From Nanohaloarchaea archaeon B1-Br10_U2g1 (GTDB lineage Archaea; Nanohalarchaeota; Nanosalinia; Nanosalinales; Nanosalinaceae): a stretch of DNA of 58,675 bases. The position numbers and the translations under genes were made by a program. Under the pieces are notes generated by a model. That model was not told the origin of the DNA. It saw only the letters and a program-made list of their open reading frames with translations, and searched no databases. The first letter of the stretch is position 1. The number at the start of each line of letters is the position of its first letter. Shown piece after piece: positions 36,165 through 46,185 of the stretch. The stretch is taken from positions 1 through 58,675 of the forward strand of contig LKMN01000003.1 in assembly GCA_001563875.1 (NCBI GenBank), given 5' to 3'.

Positions 36165-36776
36165 ATGACAGAAAAATACAGTAGACGGCATATCATCGGT
36201 TTAGGCAGTATAATATCTGTCTCTGGCTGCTTGAACTGGGTCCCGGGAACAGAAGATAACGACACAAATGATCCGGAGACACATCCCGAAATTGCCGCAC
36301 TCTCTGAAGAAGCAGAAAACCAGATCCGTGATGAAGAGATACTAATTCCTTATGAAGAAGCAGATAATAGGATATTAGCAGACACTGTAGAAGTAGAACC
36401 AAGCATGATTAGAGAAGTCGGGATAGGAGATGCACAGGAGTACAGAGTCAGTGCCGAACTCGAACTAGGCCGCAATGCAGATGATTTAGTCGGATACGTT
36501 GATGAAGATAGAGAAACTCTAATTGAAAAGGTAAGCGAACCCTCATACGATATGACCACAGTAGTTTTTGAGAACCTAGAGGAGTACGATGCAGAAGAAA
36601 GAAACGTACACCAAACAAGGATAACACAGTACCAAACACGGTTCCATGGGAGAGACGACAACTTTGTACATTATCGGCTAAGTAACGAAGAACTAAGAGA
36701 GCTGGAAGACGAGGAAGAATACCTCGAAAACTTTAGAAACAATGCAGATGTCTATATAGACAGTGAAACCTATTAA
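36165..36776 (+). CDS. Tat-exported lipoprotein, function unknown
   Basis: SRRHII twin-arginine motif, VSGC lipobox, acidic mature region. Confidence 0.75.
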   Translation: MTEKYSRRHIIGLGSIISVSGCLNWVPGTEDNDTNDPETHPEIAALSEEAENQIRDEEILIPYEEADNRILADTVEVEPSMIREVGIGDAQEYRVSAELELGRNADDLVGYVDEDRETLIEKVSEPSYDMTTVVFENLEEYDAEERNVHQTRITQYQTRFHGRDDNFVHYRLSNEELRELEDEEEYLENFRNNADVYIDSETY

Positions 36777-37708
36777 TAGACCAAATAACCTATTCCTGCT
36801 GTCAATGCAACCGCCAAGAAAAAAGCGCTAATCCATGCTAAAACCGTAAACCCTATTTTTGACATGTCGTTGTTTGACTTGCCTTCAACCATCCCGCTGC
36901 CGATGACCGCTGCAATAATAGCTAGATTGGCTGATATAGGTGCACCTATCATAACACCTGCCTGTGCCGTTATACCCCCTGCTGCAAGAGCTGCTATCGA
37001 ACGCCTAGGACCTATATTCGAATAATCATAAGAAACAGCTTTTATTATACGTGGAGAATACATCCAAGTACCTAAAAGTATGGAAACAGCTCCAAAAGAC
37101 AATAAAAATATTTTAGAGTAATCCAAAGCAGCCATAGGGCCAGATACAAGACCTACTGAACCCGCACCCGTAGTATAAGCCATGTAGGAGGCCGAAATAA
37201 CTAGTAGATACCTTATAGGTTTTTTGGCATCTTTAGGTATATACCTTTGCAAGACTATTGCTGTCACATACGCAATTATCAGAGAGGCCACAGGAACCGC
37301 AAACCAGTAGGCAACAATATCAAAGAGTTCCGACCAGTTTACAGCACCTCCAAAACCATATGCACTACCCACAACTGCTCCAGTTGTTGTAAAGGCTGTA
37401 GGCATAGGATAATCTGTTAAAACACTTACAATGACTAATAAACCTGCAACAAAGAGTATTGTTGCTGCCTGAGCCACCTGTATCTCAGTTGTTAGTAATC
37501 CGGAACCCATGGTCTCAGCCACGTTATGGCCCTGTAAAATCGATCCTAGAAATGCAAAGACTCCTGCAACCAAAGCAGCTCTAAGAACATTCATTGCTCC
37601 GGAAGAACTTACAGGCCCAAAAGTCGCAGCAACACTTGATGCTCCTATGGATATACCCATAAAGAGAGCTGCAACCATAGTTACTAGCGTTATAAGCTCT
37701 ATCATCAA
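36773..37708 (-). CDS. PiT-family inorganic phosphate transporter
   Basis: IGA..VA..FGP, G..V.ETMG, P...A....GA..G repeats; highly hydrophobic. Confidence 0.85.
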   Translation of the reverse strand: MMIELITLVTMVAALFMGISIGASSVAATFGPVSSSGAMNVLRAALVAGVFAFLGSILQGHNVAETMGSGLLTTEIQVAQAATILFVAGLLVIVSVLTDYPMPTAFTTTGAVVGSAYGFGGAVNWSELFDIVAYWFAVPVASLIIAYVTAIVLQRYIPKDAKKPIRYLLVISASYMAYTTGAGSVGLVSGPMAALDYSKIFLLSFGAVSILLGTWMYSPRIIKAVSYDYSNIGPRRSIAALAAGGITAQAGVMIGAPISANLAIIAAVIGSGMVEGKSNNDMSKIGFTVLAWISAFFLAVALTAGIGYLVY

Positions 37709-38273
37709 TTATATTCCCTAAATCTGTCTTTCAATTGTCTTCTACTGTCCTCATCCGGAACATTGACACCAAAGCGATAGACGCCATCTTTATGGCTACG
37801 CATATCCACCGAGAAGTCTTCTGTATCGAAGAAAAATGGATTAAATCTCAACATCATGTCTGAGTAGACAGCCTCCTCAACTTTACGGACTGAAATAATC
37901 GTTTTTGAGGCAACAAAGTTGGAAACTTCTTCAGATGCGTCTTTGAGCTTTCTATTCGGGTTTTCATTATTACCTATTTTTTTACCGGCTTCTACAACTC
38001 TTTTGGTCGCTTTTACCAAGTCTTTAGATCCATCAGACTTTTTCTCCGATTTCTTAAGATCTATAGAGGCGTGCTCAACCGTCTTCTCCCTCAGTTCTTC
38101 GAATCCTTCTTCAGTACGAGGCCTCCATTTTCTGTAACGTCTTAAAGATTTATCTTGTATTGAAGTGTCCTTCATACCTCCTCGACTTCTTCAGCGAATT
38201 CGGTTATTTCGTCCCACTCTCCTTCTTTTTCTATTCCTGAATTAGTGTGCGTAACATTCTCGGGATTGGACAT
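37705..38273 (-). pseudogene. DUF5828-like protein split by a 1-nt frameshift (38273-38172 plus 38175-37705)
   Basis: 33-aa upstream ORF MSNPENVTHTNSGIEKEGEWDEITEFAEEVEEV matches the N-terminus of the adjacent paralogue; the 156-aa ORF matches the rest. Confidence 0.7.
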
Positions 38274-38389
38274 TCTATATCTACCCATAAGATACCCTGG
38301 TTAAAAAGCGTATCCTTACCCCCAACTCTCTTCAAACTCAGAGACTAAGAAAAACAGTTCTCTTTATAGGTTATAGTAAAGAAGCTTCT

Positions 38390-38974
38390 CTAGTTATCAG
38401 GATTTTTTACATCTTCCTTGAGACTGTCTCTCTTTTCATCGTCTTTAATACTTATATTCAGATCGTATTTTCCAGATCTTTTTCTCCTAAGATCGGCAAA
38501 AACCTCTTCCGAACTGAAGTAAAGGTCGTTAAACTTCAGCATCAGACGTTTGTAGATATTTATCTCAACAAACTCTAGAGCCTTAGTGAGAACATATAGT
38601 AACGGACTGAAAACTCCTTTCACCATATTTTCCAGTTCCCTACCCGGAGGCCTCTTCTGATCAACTATCTTTCTCTCTGCCTTCTCTGCCTCCTTTTCAA
38701 CCTCATTTATACCTTCTTTAACTCCAGGAAGATCTTCTTCAAGCTCTTTCTCTTTCCTAACTGCTGAATCAACAGTTTTATCTTCCATATCTGTTATACT
38801 ATCTTCTTTTCTTGGACGCCATTTATCGAACTCCTCAACTGTCTTCTCGTCAACGTCCTCTTCTTTGAGAGCATCTTCTACATCTTCTGCAAACTCGGCG
38901 ACCTCCTCAATGTCTCCTTCCTTTTCTACACCCGAATTTGTCTCTTTCAGCTTCTCATCTTCAGAATCTGCCAT
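38390..38974 (-). CDS. DUF5828-like protein (haloarchaeal family), intact paralogue
   Basis: SG....G...V, WRP, KT...A, Y..LM......YF..E...A motifs. Confidence 0.7.
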   Translation of the reverse strand: MADSEDEKLKETNSGVEKEGDIEEVAEFAEDVEDALKEEDVDEKTVEEFDKWRPRKEDSITDMEDKTVDSAVRKEKELEEDLPGVKEGINEVEKEAEKAERKIVDQKRPPGRELENMVKGVFSPLLYVLTKALEFVEINIYKRLMLKFNDLYFSSEEVFADLRRKRSGKYDLNISIKDDEKRDSLKEDVKNPDN

Positions 38975-39014
38975 GCCCGGTAAGAAATAGGATGCTACGA
39001 CATAAAAAGCCCCG

Positions 39015-39614
39015 CTAAATCATTTTCTTGCGCTTGAGTTCTTCATGAACTCTGTCAAAGACTTCTTGTTTCGTCATCGATGCATCAATTAGCACGATTT
39101 CTTCCTCAAGCTCTTCAACAAGATTACTATACTTTAGAACCACTTCTTCTTGAAAATCAAGCTCTTCAAATATATTACCATCTTTTCCTCTGTTCTCTAC
39201 CCTTGACATACCTTCCTCAGCAGAAACATCCAGAATTATAGTCAAGTCCGGTTTCAAAGCAGATCTGTTCAGCTCTTCAACCCATTCTCTTTTGGCCCCC
39301 ATAACAGGTTGGTAGACGAGAGATGAGTGATAGTATCTATCACATACAACAGTTTCTCCGTTTTTGAGTCGAGGTATTATCTCTTCTTCAAGATGAACCA
39401 TCCTGTCCGCCGCAAAGCCTAATGCCACTGTTTCCGGAGAGTAATCTTCAGAAGATATAAGTCGGTCTACTTTTTCACCTATCTTGTTTCCTGAGGGCTC
39501 ATAAGTCCAGTGAGCATCTAAATCCTCTGCTAGCTTCTCTGACTGTGTTGTGGTTCCTGCACCGTCGGCGCCTTCAATTACGATAAATTTACCAGAGTAA
39601 GAGTTCTCGTCCAT
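39015..39614 (-). CDS. tmk: Thymidylate kinase
   Basis: FIVIEGADGAGTTTQ, FAADR..H, CDRY..SS.VYQ, PDLTIILDV. Confidence 0.93.
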   Translation of the reverse strand: MDENSYSGKFIVIEGADGAGTTTQSEKLAEDLDAHWTYEPSGNKIGEKVDRLISSEDYSPETVALGFAADRMVHLEEEIIPRLKNGETVVCDRYYHSSLVYQPVMGAKREWVEELNRSALKPDLTIILDVSAEEGMSRVENRGKDGNIFEELDFQEEVVLKYSNLVEELEEEIVLIDASMTKQEVFDRVHEELKRKKMI

Positions 39615-39673
39615 TACAGAATGTAGTCATAGAGCCGAGCTATTTAAAATGAGATGAGTATACTTCTTACATT

Positions 39674-40327
39674 ATGCTGGCGAAGCATGAGCTCAAGAGT
39701 CTGGGAATAGGCTCAGCATTGGTACTAGTAAACATTGCTTTAATGCTTGTATTTGCCAGAACATTCTTAGTAGATGTCTTCAACTATGTGTGGAGTTTAG
39801 GCGCTATAATAGGAATTATTGCTTATGCAGTACCTCTAATTGCAGGAAGCTGGCTAGGAAGAAAAGGTATCGAGCAAGAAAACCTTGGTCTGGCCGGTAT
39901 TGGCATCTCCCTTTTAATGCTTGCATATGGATCATTCGGCGCAGGAGTAATAGGAGCAATAGAAACTATTGAAACACAGGTACTGGTTTTAGCTGTAACA
40001 GCGTTGATAACAACATTAATAACAACTTTAGCTGGGCTATACGTCTACTGGACAGATAGAAATCTCAATAGAACTGGTTACTACTCAAATATCGCGTTCC
40101 TAGGCGTTTTCCTTACAGGATTTATAGGTACCTTCTTCCTACCGCTACTAATTCTGACCTTCCTGCTCGCATTTACAGGATTCCTTCTATACCTAATATA
40201 TGAAGTCTGGAGAATGAAAACTGAGGCAGTGAGCCCCGAGCTTACAGGCTTAGGACTTTACATCGCTTACGCAGGTGTCTTCATCCACGTGCTTCAGATT
40301 GTAGCCCGGTACTATATAGAAGATTAA
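39674..40327 (+). CDS. Multi-pass membrane protein, possibly BI-1/YccA-like
   Basis: ~7 hydrophobic segments; C-terminal LY....F..VLQI pattern. Confidence 0.6.
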   Translation: MLAKHELKSLGIGSALVLVNIALMLVFARTFLVDVFNYVWSLGAIIGIIAYAVPLIAGSWLGRKGIEQENLGLAGIGISLLMLAYGSFGAGVIGAIETIETQVLVLAVTALITTLITTLAGLYVYWTDRNLNRTGYYSNIAFLGVFLTGFIGTFFLPLLILTFLLAFTGFLLYLIYEVWRMKTEAVSPELTGLGLYIAYAGVFIHVLQIVARYYIED

Positions 40328-40363
40328 AAACGAGTTAAACGCACCACCTCAAGTTGTTGTTCT

Positions 40364-40795
40364 ATGAAGTACTCCTTGAGAAAAGCTGTTACACGCATAG
40401 AAAGACGCATACTGCCTTTGATTGGAAAAATACTGTGGCCTCCTACAGGAGCGAACGTGGTATGCTGGACCAGTAAAGACAGAGAAGAGCTTATCCTACT
40501 TGATATAGATGGAAATTACAACCTTCCTGCCGGCATGATAGAACAAGGAGAACATCCGAGAGAAGCTTCCGAACGAGAGTTCAAGGAAGAAACAGGACTT
40601 AATCTAGAGATTGAAAACTTTTTAGGTGTTAAGACCGCTTGGAACGGAATATCTGGCCTCCACTTCTTCTACGAAGCTATTTTGACCGACGATTTCGAGA
40701 AGAAGACGTCAGGATGGGAAGGAGAGCCCAAGATAATTGATAAAGAAGAAATCAGCGGGATGCTGGAGAAACTTCCTTCTCCGAAAGAAACATAG
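40364..40795 (+). CDS. NUDIX hydrolase
   Basis: Nudix box GMIEQGEHPREASEREFKEETGL. Confidence 0.9.
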   Translation: MKYSLRKAVTRIERRILPLIGKILWPPTGANVVCWTSKDREELILLDIDGNYNLPAGMIEQGEHPREASEREFKEETGLNLEIENFLGVKTAWNGISGLHFFYEAILTDDFEKKTSGWEGEPKIIDKEEISGMLEKLPSPKET

Positions 40796-40822
40796 TGACC
40801 GAACACCAAAACAAATCTTAGT

Positions 40823-42085
40823 ATGGAGCACCGAAATCTTTCTGAAGCAGATCCTGAAGTATACGAAGCACTGAAAAAAGAAATAAGCCGACAAGAGTCA
40901 GAAAGTCTAGAGATGATTGCGTCGGAAAACTTCGTGCCAAGACAGATATTAGAGGCTCAAGGCAGCGTTTTAACCAATAAATACTGTGAAGGCTACCCAG
41001 GAAAACGTTACTATGCTGGCTGCGAACACCACGACAAGATTGAAAACCTGGCTCGTGAAAGAGCCTGCAAGATCTTTAACGCAGAACACGCCAATGTACA
41101 GCCACACTCCGGTTCAACCGCAAACTTTGCAGCTTACTTCGCAGTTCTAGAAGCTGGAGACAAGATTTTAGGCCCTAAACTTTCGCACGGAGGACACTTG
41201 ACACACGGACACGATGTAAACTTCTCAGGAGATCTATTCGACTTCGAAGCTTACTACATCAATGAGAAAACAGAGATATTTGAAAAGGAAGATATCATAG
41301 AGGCAGCAGAAAAGCATAACCCCGACTTAATTGTATGCGGCTACTCAGCCTACCCTCGTGAGATAGACTTCGAGGCGTTTAGAGAGGCTGCTGACAGGGC
41401 AGACGCACTTCTTATGTGCGACATAGCTCACATATCAGGTCTTGTTGCAGCAGGAGAGCATCCCTCTCCTTTCCCCGAATGCGATATCGTTACAACAACC
41501 ACCCATAAATCTATCAGAGGTGCTCGCGGAGGAATGATACTCTGTAAGGACAAATATGCAGAAGCCGTAGATAAAGCAGTGTTTCCTTACAGCCAGGGCG
41601 GACCACTAATGCACCAGATAGCTGGTAAAGCCGTATGCTTCAACGAGGCTCTGAAACCTGAGTTCAAGGACTATTCAAGACAAATTAAAAAGAACGCCCA
41701 AGCTTTAGCTAGGTCTCTTACTGAAAACGATGTTCGACTGGTTTCAGACGGAACAGACAACCACTTGGTTCTAGCAGATCTTAGAGACGAAGAAATAACT
41801 GGTAAAAGAGCCGAGAAAGCGCTGGAGGAAGTGAACATCGTGGTTAATAAAAACACGGTTCCTTACGACCCCGAATCTCCTTTTGTAACCTCCGGGATAA
41901 GAATTGGAGCTCCAGCATTAACAACCAGAGGTATGGAAGAAGAAGAGTTCAAGTTAATCGGAGAGATGATCGCAGAAAGATTGAAGAACCCTGAAGATAC
42001 GGAAGTAGAGGAGAAGATTAAAGAAAACGTCTCCAAGCTTCTGGAGGACTACCCTCTTTACAGCGATTCCGGTGTAAAGTTCTAG
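40823..42085 (+). CDS. glyA: Serine hydroxymethyltransferase
   Basis: LEMIASEN, EGYPGKRYY, NVQPHSG, TTTTHKS.RG.RGG, SGIRIG. Confidence 0.97.
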   Translation: MEHRNLSEADPEVYEALKKEISRQESESLEMIASENFVPRQILEAQGSVLTNKYCEGYPGKRYYAGCEHHDKIENLARERACKIFNAEHANVQPHSGSTANFAAYFAVLEAGDKILGPKLSHGGHLTHGHDVNFSGDLFDFEAYYINEKTEIFEKEDIIEAAEKHNPDLIVCGYSAYPREIDFEAFREAADRADALLMCDIAHISGLVAAGEHPSPFPECDIVTTTTHKSIRGARGGMILCKDKYAEAVDKAVFPYSQGGPLMHQIAGKAVCFNEALKPEFKDYSRQIKKNAQALARSLTENDVRLVSDGTDNHLVLADLRDEEITGKRAEKALEEVNIVVNKNTVPYDPESPFVTSGIRIGAPALTTRGMEEEEFKLIGEMIAERLKNPEDTEVEEKIKENVSKLLEDYPLYSDSGVKF

Positions 42086-42909
42086 ACTTTTTCCAATCTA
42101 AACTTGCAGCCGAATCCTTCTTCATTTAAAGCAGTATCTTGACAGTACTCAATATCGCCATCGAAACAGTCTAGTATCTCTTTTCCAAGATAAAGACCGA
42201 ATCCTGTGCCGCTGCCTTTATCTTTTTCAAATATTTCCTCGCAGTCTCTATCCTCTAAACCAGGACCGTTGTCTCCTATGCCGAAAACTATATTCCCCTG
42301 ATCTTGGTACAATTTTACTCTAAGCTCTGCTTCGTCGCATTGTAGCGAATTCCCTGTTTCAGAACCGTATTTGACCCAGTTTTCCCCTACTGTTCTTGAA
42401 ACTATCTTGGCTGCTTTGTTCGCTCTTACTTCTACCTGATCCGGTAGTTCGCTTTCTATTCTGGCCCCGTAATCCTCTTCCAGCATCGATACTAATTCTT
42501 TCGCAGAGATTGAGCAGTCAACATACGATAAACCTTGTACTTCCTGATAGTCTTTTAGGCACGAGATCATTTCGACTACATCGTCAACTTTCTTACCTAG
42601 CTTTCCGTCAAACATGTCCCGGTAATCATAGATTTCTTCCGCTTTCACTGGTGGAACCCAGTTCTCTTCTTCAAGTAGATTAACTATTTTCTCTGTTTCT
42701 TCTACAAACTCTCTGACTTCTTCATCATTTTCCTCTATATCTTTCATAAGAGGGTTATCAACTGTTTCCTCATACTCCATCATTTCCAAGTATCCCGATA
42801 TAACTGATAGAGGGTTACCCATTTCATGTCTAAAAGTTCTGTATAGACAGACGTTTCTGTCCTCAAAAATCATTCTGTAGCCTTGTATAGAATTTTCACC
42901 CCAGTTCAT
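42082..42909 (-). CDS. Histidine-kinase-like protein without sensor domain
   Basis: H-box FRHEMGNPLSVISGY, DNGPGL and GTGFGLY boxes. Confidence 0.75.
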   Translation of the reverse strand: MNWGENSIQGYRMIFEDRNVCLYRTFRHEMGNPLSVISGYLEMMEYEETVDNPLMKDIEENDEEVREFVEETEKIVNLLEEENWVPPVKAEEIYDYRDMFDGKLGKKVDDVVEMISCLKDYQEVQGLSYVDCSISAKELVSMLEEDYGARIESELPDQVEVRANKAAKIVSRTVGENWVKYGSETGNSLQCDEAELRVKLYQDQGNIVFGIGDNGPGLEDRDCEEIFEKDKGSGTGFGLYLGKEILDCFDGDIEYCQDTALNEEGFGCKFRLEKV

Positions 42910-42993
42910 CTTGTTTACTCATAGCGTCAACTCTCAATTTTACTCGAATTATTAAATTGTTGTAAGCTAAACTACTTAACAGGGGGACCTTTT

Positions 42994-44004
42994 TTGCAAC
43001 AGTATCTAAACTTAGTCGAGAACATTCTAACAGAAGGAAACTACAAACCTAACAGGACTTCAGTAGACACCATATCTACTTTCGGACAGTTCTACAAGAT
43101 AGATTTATCGGAAGGATTTCCTTTACTTACAACAAAAGATCTTTCCGGATACCGTTGGAACTCGCTGATCCACGAACTACTATGGTACTTTTCGGGTGAG
43201 GAACATATCAAGAACCTTAGGGAAGAGACTAAGATATGGGATGCCTGGGCCGACGAAGAAGGACTCCTAGAAACTGCTTATGGACGTTTCTGGCGACGTT
43301 ACCCTATACCGGACGGAGATGCGCAGCTTGAAGGAGAAGCTTGGCCTGACAAAGACCATAAATGGGTCAACGAGGAAGAAGACGGAAGACTGACTTTTGA
43401 TCAGATCCAGTATGTTATCGATCAGCTGAAAGAGAACCCTAAGTCCCGTAGAATAATTGTAAATGCGTGGCATCCCGCGAACGCCACTGTTTCTAAACTG
43501 CCGCCTTGCCACTACAGCTTTGTCTTTAACGTACAGGACGGGAAACTGAACACTCATTTAACGCAGAGAAGTGCAGATACTGCTCTCGGAGTACCGTTCA
43601 ATATCGCGGCTTACTCGATAATCACGAGGCTGATAGCTAAAGAGGTAGGTCTTGACCTAGGAGAGTTTGGACACACCTTAGTTGATGCTCACCTCTACTG
43701 TGGAGAGGACGAGAGAGGTGAATGGTACGGAGAAAATATTGAAGAACTACAGCAAAAGATGAAAAATGTGGAAGAGAAGGAAGATTATCTTGAGATCCGT
43801 GAATGGATACTTGAGAACGCTCCTGAAGAGGAAAACGAAGGTAAAGACCATATACCCGGCATGCTCAAGCAGCTCTCCAGAGAGCCTCGTAAAAGACCTG
43901 AACTAGATATAGCTGACAAACCTCTAAACGAACTGGAATACAAGGACTTCGAACTGAAAGATTACAGTCCGCATCCAGGACTCAAGTTTGGTATAGCAGA
44001 GTAA
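42994..44004 (+). CDS. thyA: Thymidylate synthase (long, haloarchaeal-like)
   Basis: FPLLTTK, ELLW, IWDAWA, LPPCH, QRSAD..LGVPFNIA.Y. Confidence 0.96.
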   Translation: MQQYLNLVENILTEGNYKPNRTSVDTISTFGQFYKIDLSEGFPLLTTKDLSGYRWNSLIHELLWYFSGEEHIKNLREETKIWDAWADEEGLLETAYGRFWRRYPIPDGDAQLEGEAWPDKDHKWVNEEEDGRLTFDQIQYVIDQLKENPKSRRIIVNAWHPANATVSKLPPCHYSFVFNVQDGKLNTHLTQRSADTALGVPFNIAAYSIITRLIAKEVGLDLGEFGHTLVDAHLYCGEDERGEWYGENIEELQQKMKNVEEKEDYLEIREWILENAPEEENEGKDHIPGMLKQLSREPRKRPELDIADKPLNELEYKDFELKDYSPHPGLKFGIAE

Positions 44005-44079
44005 AACCTCAGAAAAGTTTAGGTAAGCCAAAAAACTCTTGTAAACCTTTAAATTAAAGTCGAAGCTATTTTTTTGATA

Positions 44080-44628
44080 ATGGCAAGGCAAGAACTGAGT
44101 TTAGAGTTGTTTGGCAAGAAAGCCAGTCTAGAATACTCTGAAAGATGGATTGGACAGTCTATCCTTGGTCTTCGAGTTCTGATGGCCTGGGTATTTATTC
44201 AGGCAGGACTTGAAAAGATTCTTGATCCTGAATGGACAGCAGTACATTTCCTTGAAGGAGTTGAATCTGCGAACCCTTTCATGTTCTTATTTGAATGGTT
44301 CGCGGCCTATCCCGGACTAGTTGATCCGCTGGTAATGTGGACCCAGTTACTGATTGGTCTCGCACTACTACTAGGTGTTTTCTTCCGTTTCGCAGCGCTT
44401 GGAGGAGCTATCCAGATGCTTATGTTCTGGCTAGCATCTTTTGAAGCAGGTTTAATGGCAGGATTCCCTGTTGCCCACGGATATCTCGTGAACGACACAC
44501 TTGTTTACGCAGTCCTACTTTTTGGGCTGGGAGCGCTCGGAGCAGGAAGACTTCACGGACTGGACTCGAAGCTTGAGGAAACTGATCTAGTTAAGGAGAA
44601 CAACTGGATTAGATACCTTCTAGGCTAG
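44080..44628 (+). CDS. DoxX-family membrane protein
   Basis: LRV.M.W.F..AG.EK, Q..IG..L..G...R, GAGR..GLD. Confidence 0.85.
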   Translation: MARQELSLELFGKKASLEYSERWIGQSILGLRVLMAWVFIQAGLEKILDPEWTAVHFLEGVESANPFMFLFEWFAAYPGLVDPLVMWTQLLIGLALLLGVFFRFAALGGAIQMLMFWLASFEAGLMAGFPVAHGYLVNDTLVYAVLLFGLGALGAGRLHGLDSKLEETDLVKENNWIRYLLG

Positions 44629-44663
44629 ACCTTTTTATCCCTTCCTTTTTACTTTCCTTTTTT

Positions 44664-45626
44664 ATGAAACTAGGATGGTTTAACGCCGAGGACTGGGAGA
44701 GACAGGAACTGGAAAATAGGGATATAAAGCCTATCTTTCACCCCGAGCCTTTGGGACCAGACTGTGAGGATCTCCAGTACGATGCCGTAACTGTTTTTGC
44801 GTCTTCCCGGTTAACAGCAGAAGTTCTTGAAAATATACAGCCTAAAGCAGTTTTCACACGTTCAACCGGTTTCGACCATATAGACCTAGATAAAGCAGAA
44901 GAGTTAGGCGTCAAAGTTTACAACGTACCAGAGTACGGCTCTTATACTGTTGCAGAACATGCTTTCGCGCTTCTTCTTTCTCTTTCAAGAAATATTTTAG
45001 AGGGCTCAAACAAGACTAAAGAAAGCTTTGAAAACGAAGGTTTAACCGGTTTCGAGCTTAGAGCTAAGAAGATAGGTATAATAGGTACAGGAAGAATAGG
45101 TTGTGAAATGATAAAGATGTGTAAAAGCTTTGGAATGGATGTAATCGCATACGATCCCTACGAGGACAGAGAGCTTGAGGAAGAGCTTGGATTCATGTAT
45201 GTCAGCTTTGAGGACTTAGTCAGGCATTCAGATATTATCTCACTACACTGTCCTCTTACAGACGAAAACCACCACCTGTTCTCCGATGATGAGTTCAAAA
45301 AGATGGATGAGACCGTCTTCATCAATACAGCGAGAGGAGAGCTAGTCAATTCACAAGCACTGCTTAACGCCTTAAAACAGGACCATGTATCAAAAGCCGG
45401 TCTAGACGTCTTAGAAAACGAGAACAGTCTGGAAGAAATAGAAAATCTGACGGATACTGAAGAATTCTGCTGTGAGGAGACAGAGGCTAACTGCGAACTA
45501 ATTGAACGCAGAGACGTCACAGTAACACCTCACAACGGTTTCAACACGGAAGAAGCTAAAAAAAGGATTCTAGACACAACAATAGAAAACATTATAGATA
45601 GGCCCGAAGAGAACCGGATTATCTAA
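44664..45626 (+). CDS. D-2-hydroxyacid (D-lactate-like) dehydrogenase
   Basis: RSTGFDHID, VAEH, GTGRIG, LHCPLT, INTARG, LDV.E.E, TPH. Confidence 0.9.
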   Translation: MKLGWFNAEDWERQELENRDIKPIFHPEPLGPDCEDLQYDAVTVFASSRLTAEVLENIQPKAVFTRSTGFDHIDLDKAEELGVKVYNVPEYGSYTVAEHAFALLLSLSRNILEGSNKTKESFENEGLTGFELRAKKIGIIGTGRIGCEMIKMCKSFGMDVIAYDPYEDRELEEELGFMYVSFEDLVRHSDIISLHCPLTDENHHLFSDDEFKKMDETVFINTARGELVNSQALLNALKQDHVSKAGLDVLENENSLEEIENLTDTEEFCCEETEANCELIERRDVTVTPHNGFNTEEAKKRILDTTIENIIDRPEENRII

Positions 45627-45676
45627 ATACATCGTACCGAAGAAGGTTTATAGTAAAACCAACCGGATTTAATTTT

Positions 45677-46159
45677 ATGGAGAAGGTTGTTATTGCGGCA
45701 GTTTCTGAAAACGGAGTCATAGGTAAAAACGGAGATATTCCTTGGTACTTTCCTGAAGACCTGAAACATTTCAAAGAGAAGACATTGGGACACCCTGTTG
45801 TCATGGGCCGGAAAACCTATGAGTCGCTTCCTGAAGATTACAAGCCTTTACCGGATAGGACCAATATCGTTCTGACCCGTTCCGAACCTGAACTTGACGA
45901 GAGTGTAGAAACAGCGAACAGTCTCGAGGAAGCATGGAAGAAAGCAAGGAGGACAGGTAAAGACAAACTGTTTATCGCCGGAGGCTCCAAAGTCTATGAA
46001 CAGACCTTAGATGACGCCGATAAAATAGTTCTGACACGGATACATGACCATTATGAAGGAGACTCTTTCTTCCCAGAGTTTGACAGAGAGGACTATGAAC
46101 TAGTATCTGAAGATGATCAAGGAGAAATGTCCTTCTTAGAGTACGTAAGGAAAGACTGA
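45677..46159 (+). CDS. folA: Dihydrofolate reductase
   Basis: NGVIG..G.IPW..PED..HFK..T, MGRKTYES, PLP.R.N, GG..VY, GD..FP. Confidence 0.96.
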   Translation: MEKVVIAAVSENGVIGKNGDIPWYFPEDLKHFKEKTLGHPVVMGRKTYESLPEDYKPLPDRTNIVLTRSEPELDESVETANSLEEAWKKARRTGKDKLFIAGGSKVYEQTLDDADKIVLTRIHDHYEGDSFFPEFDREDYELVSEDDQGEMSFLEYVRKD

Positions 46160-46185
46160 TATTGATCCTTGCTCTACCAAAGTAT

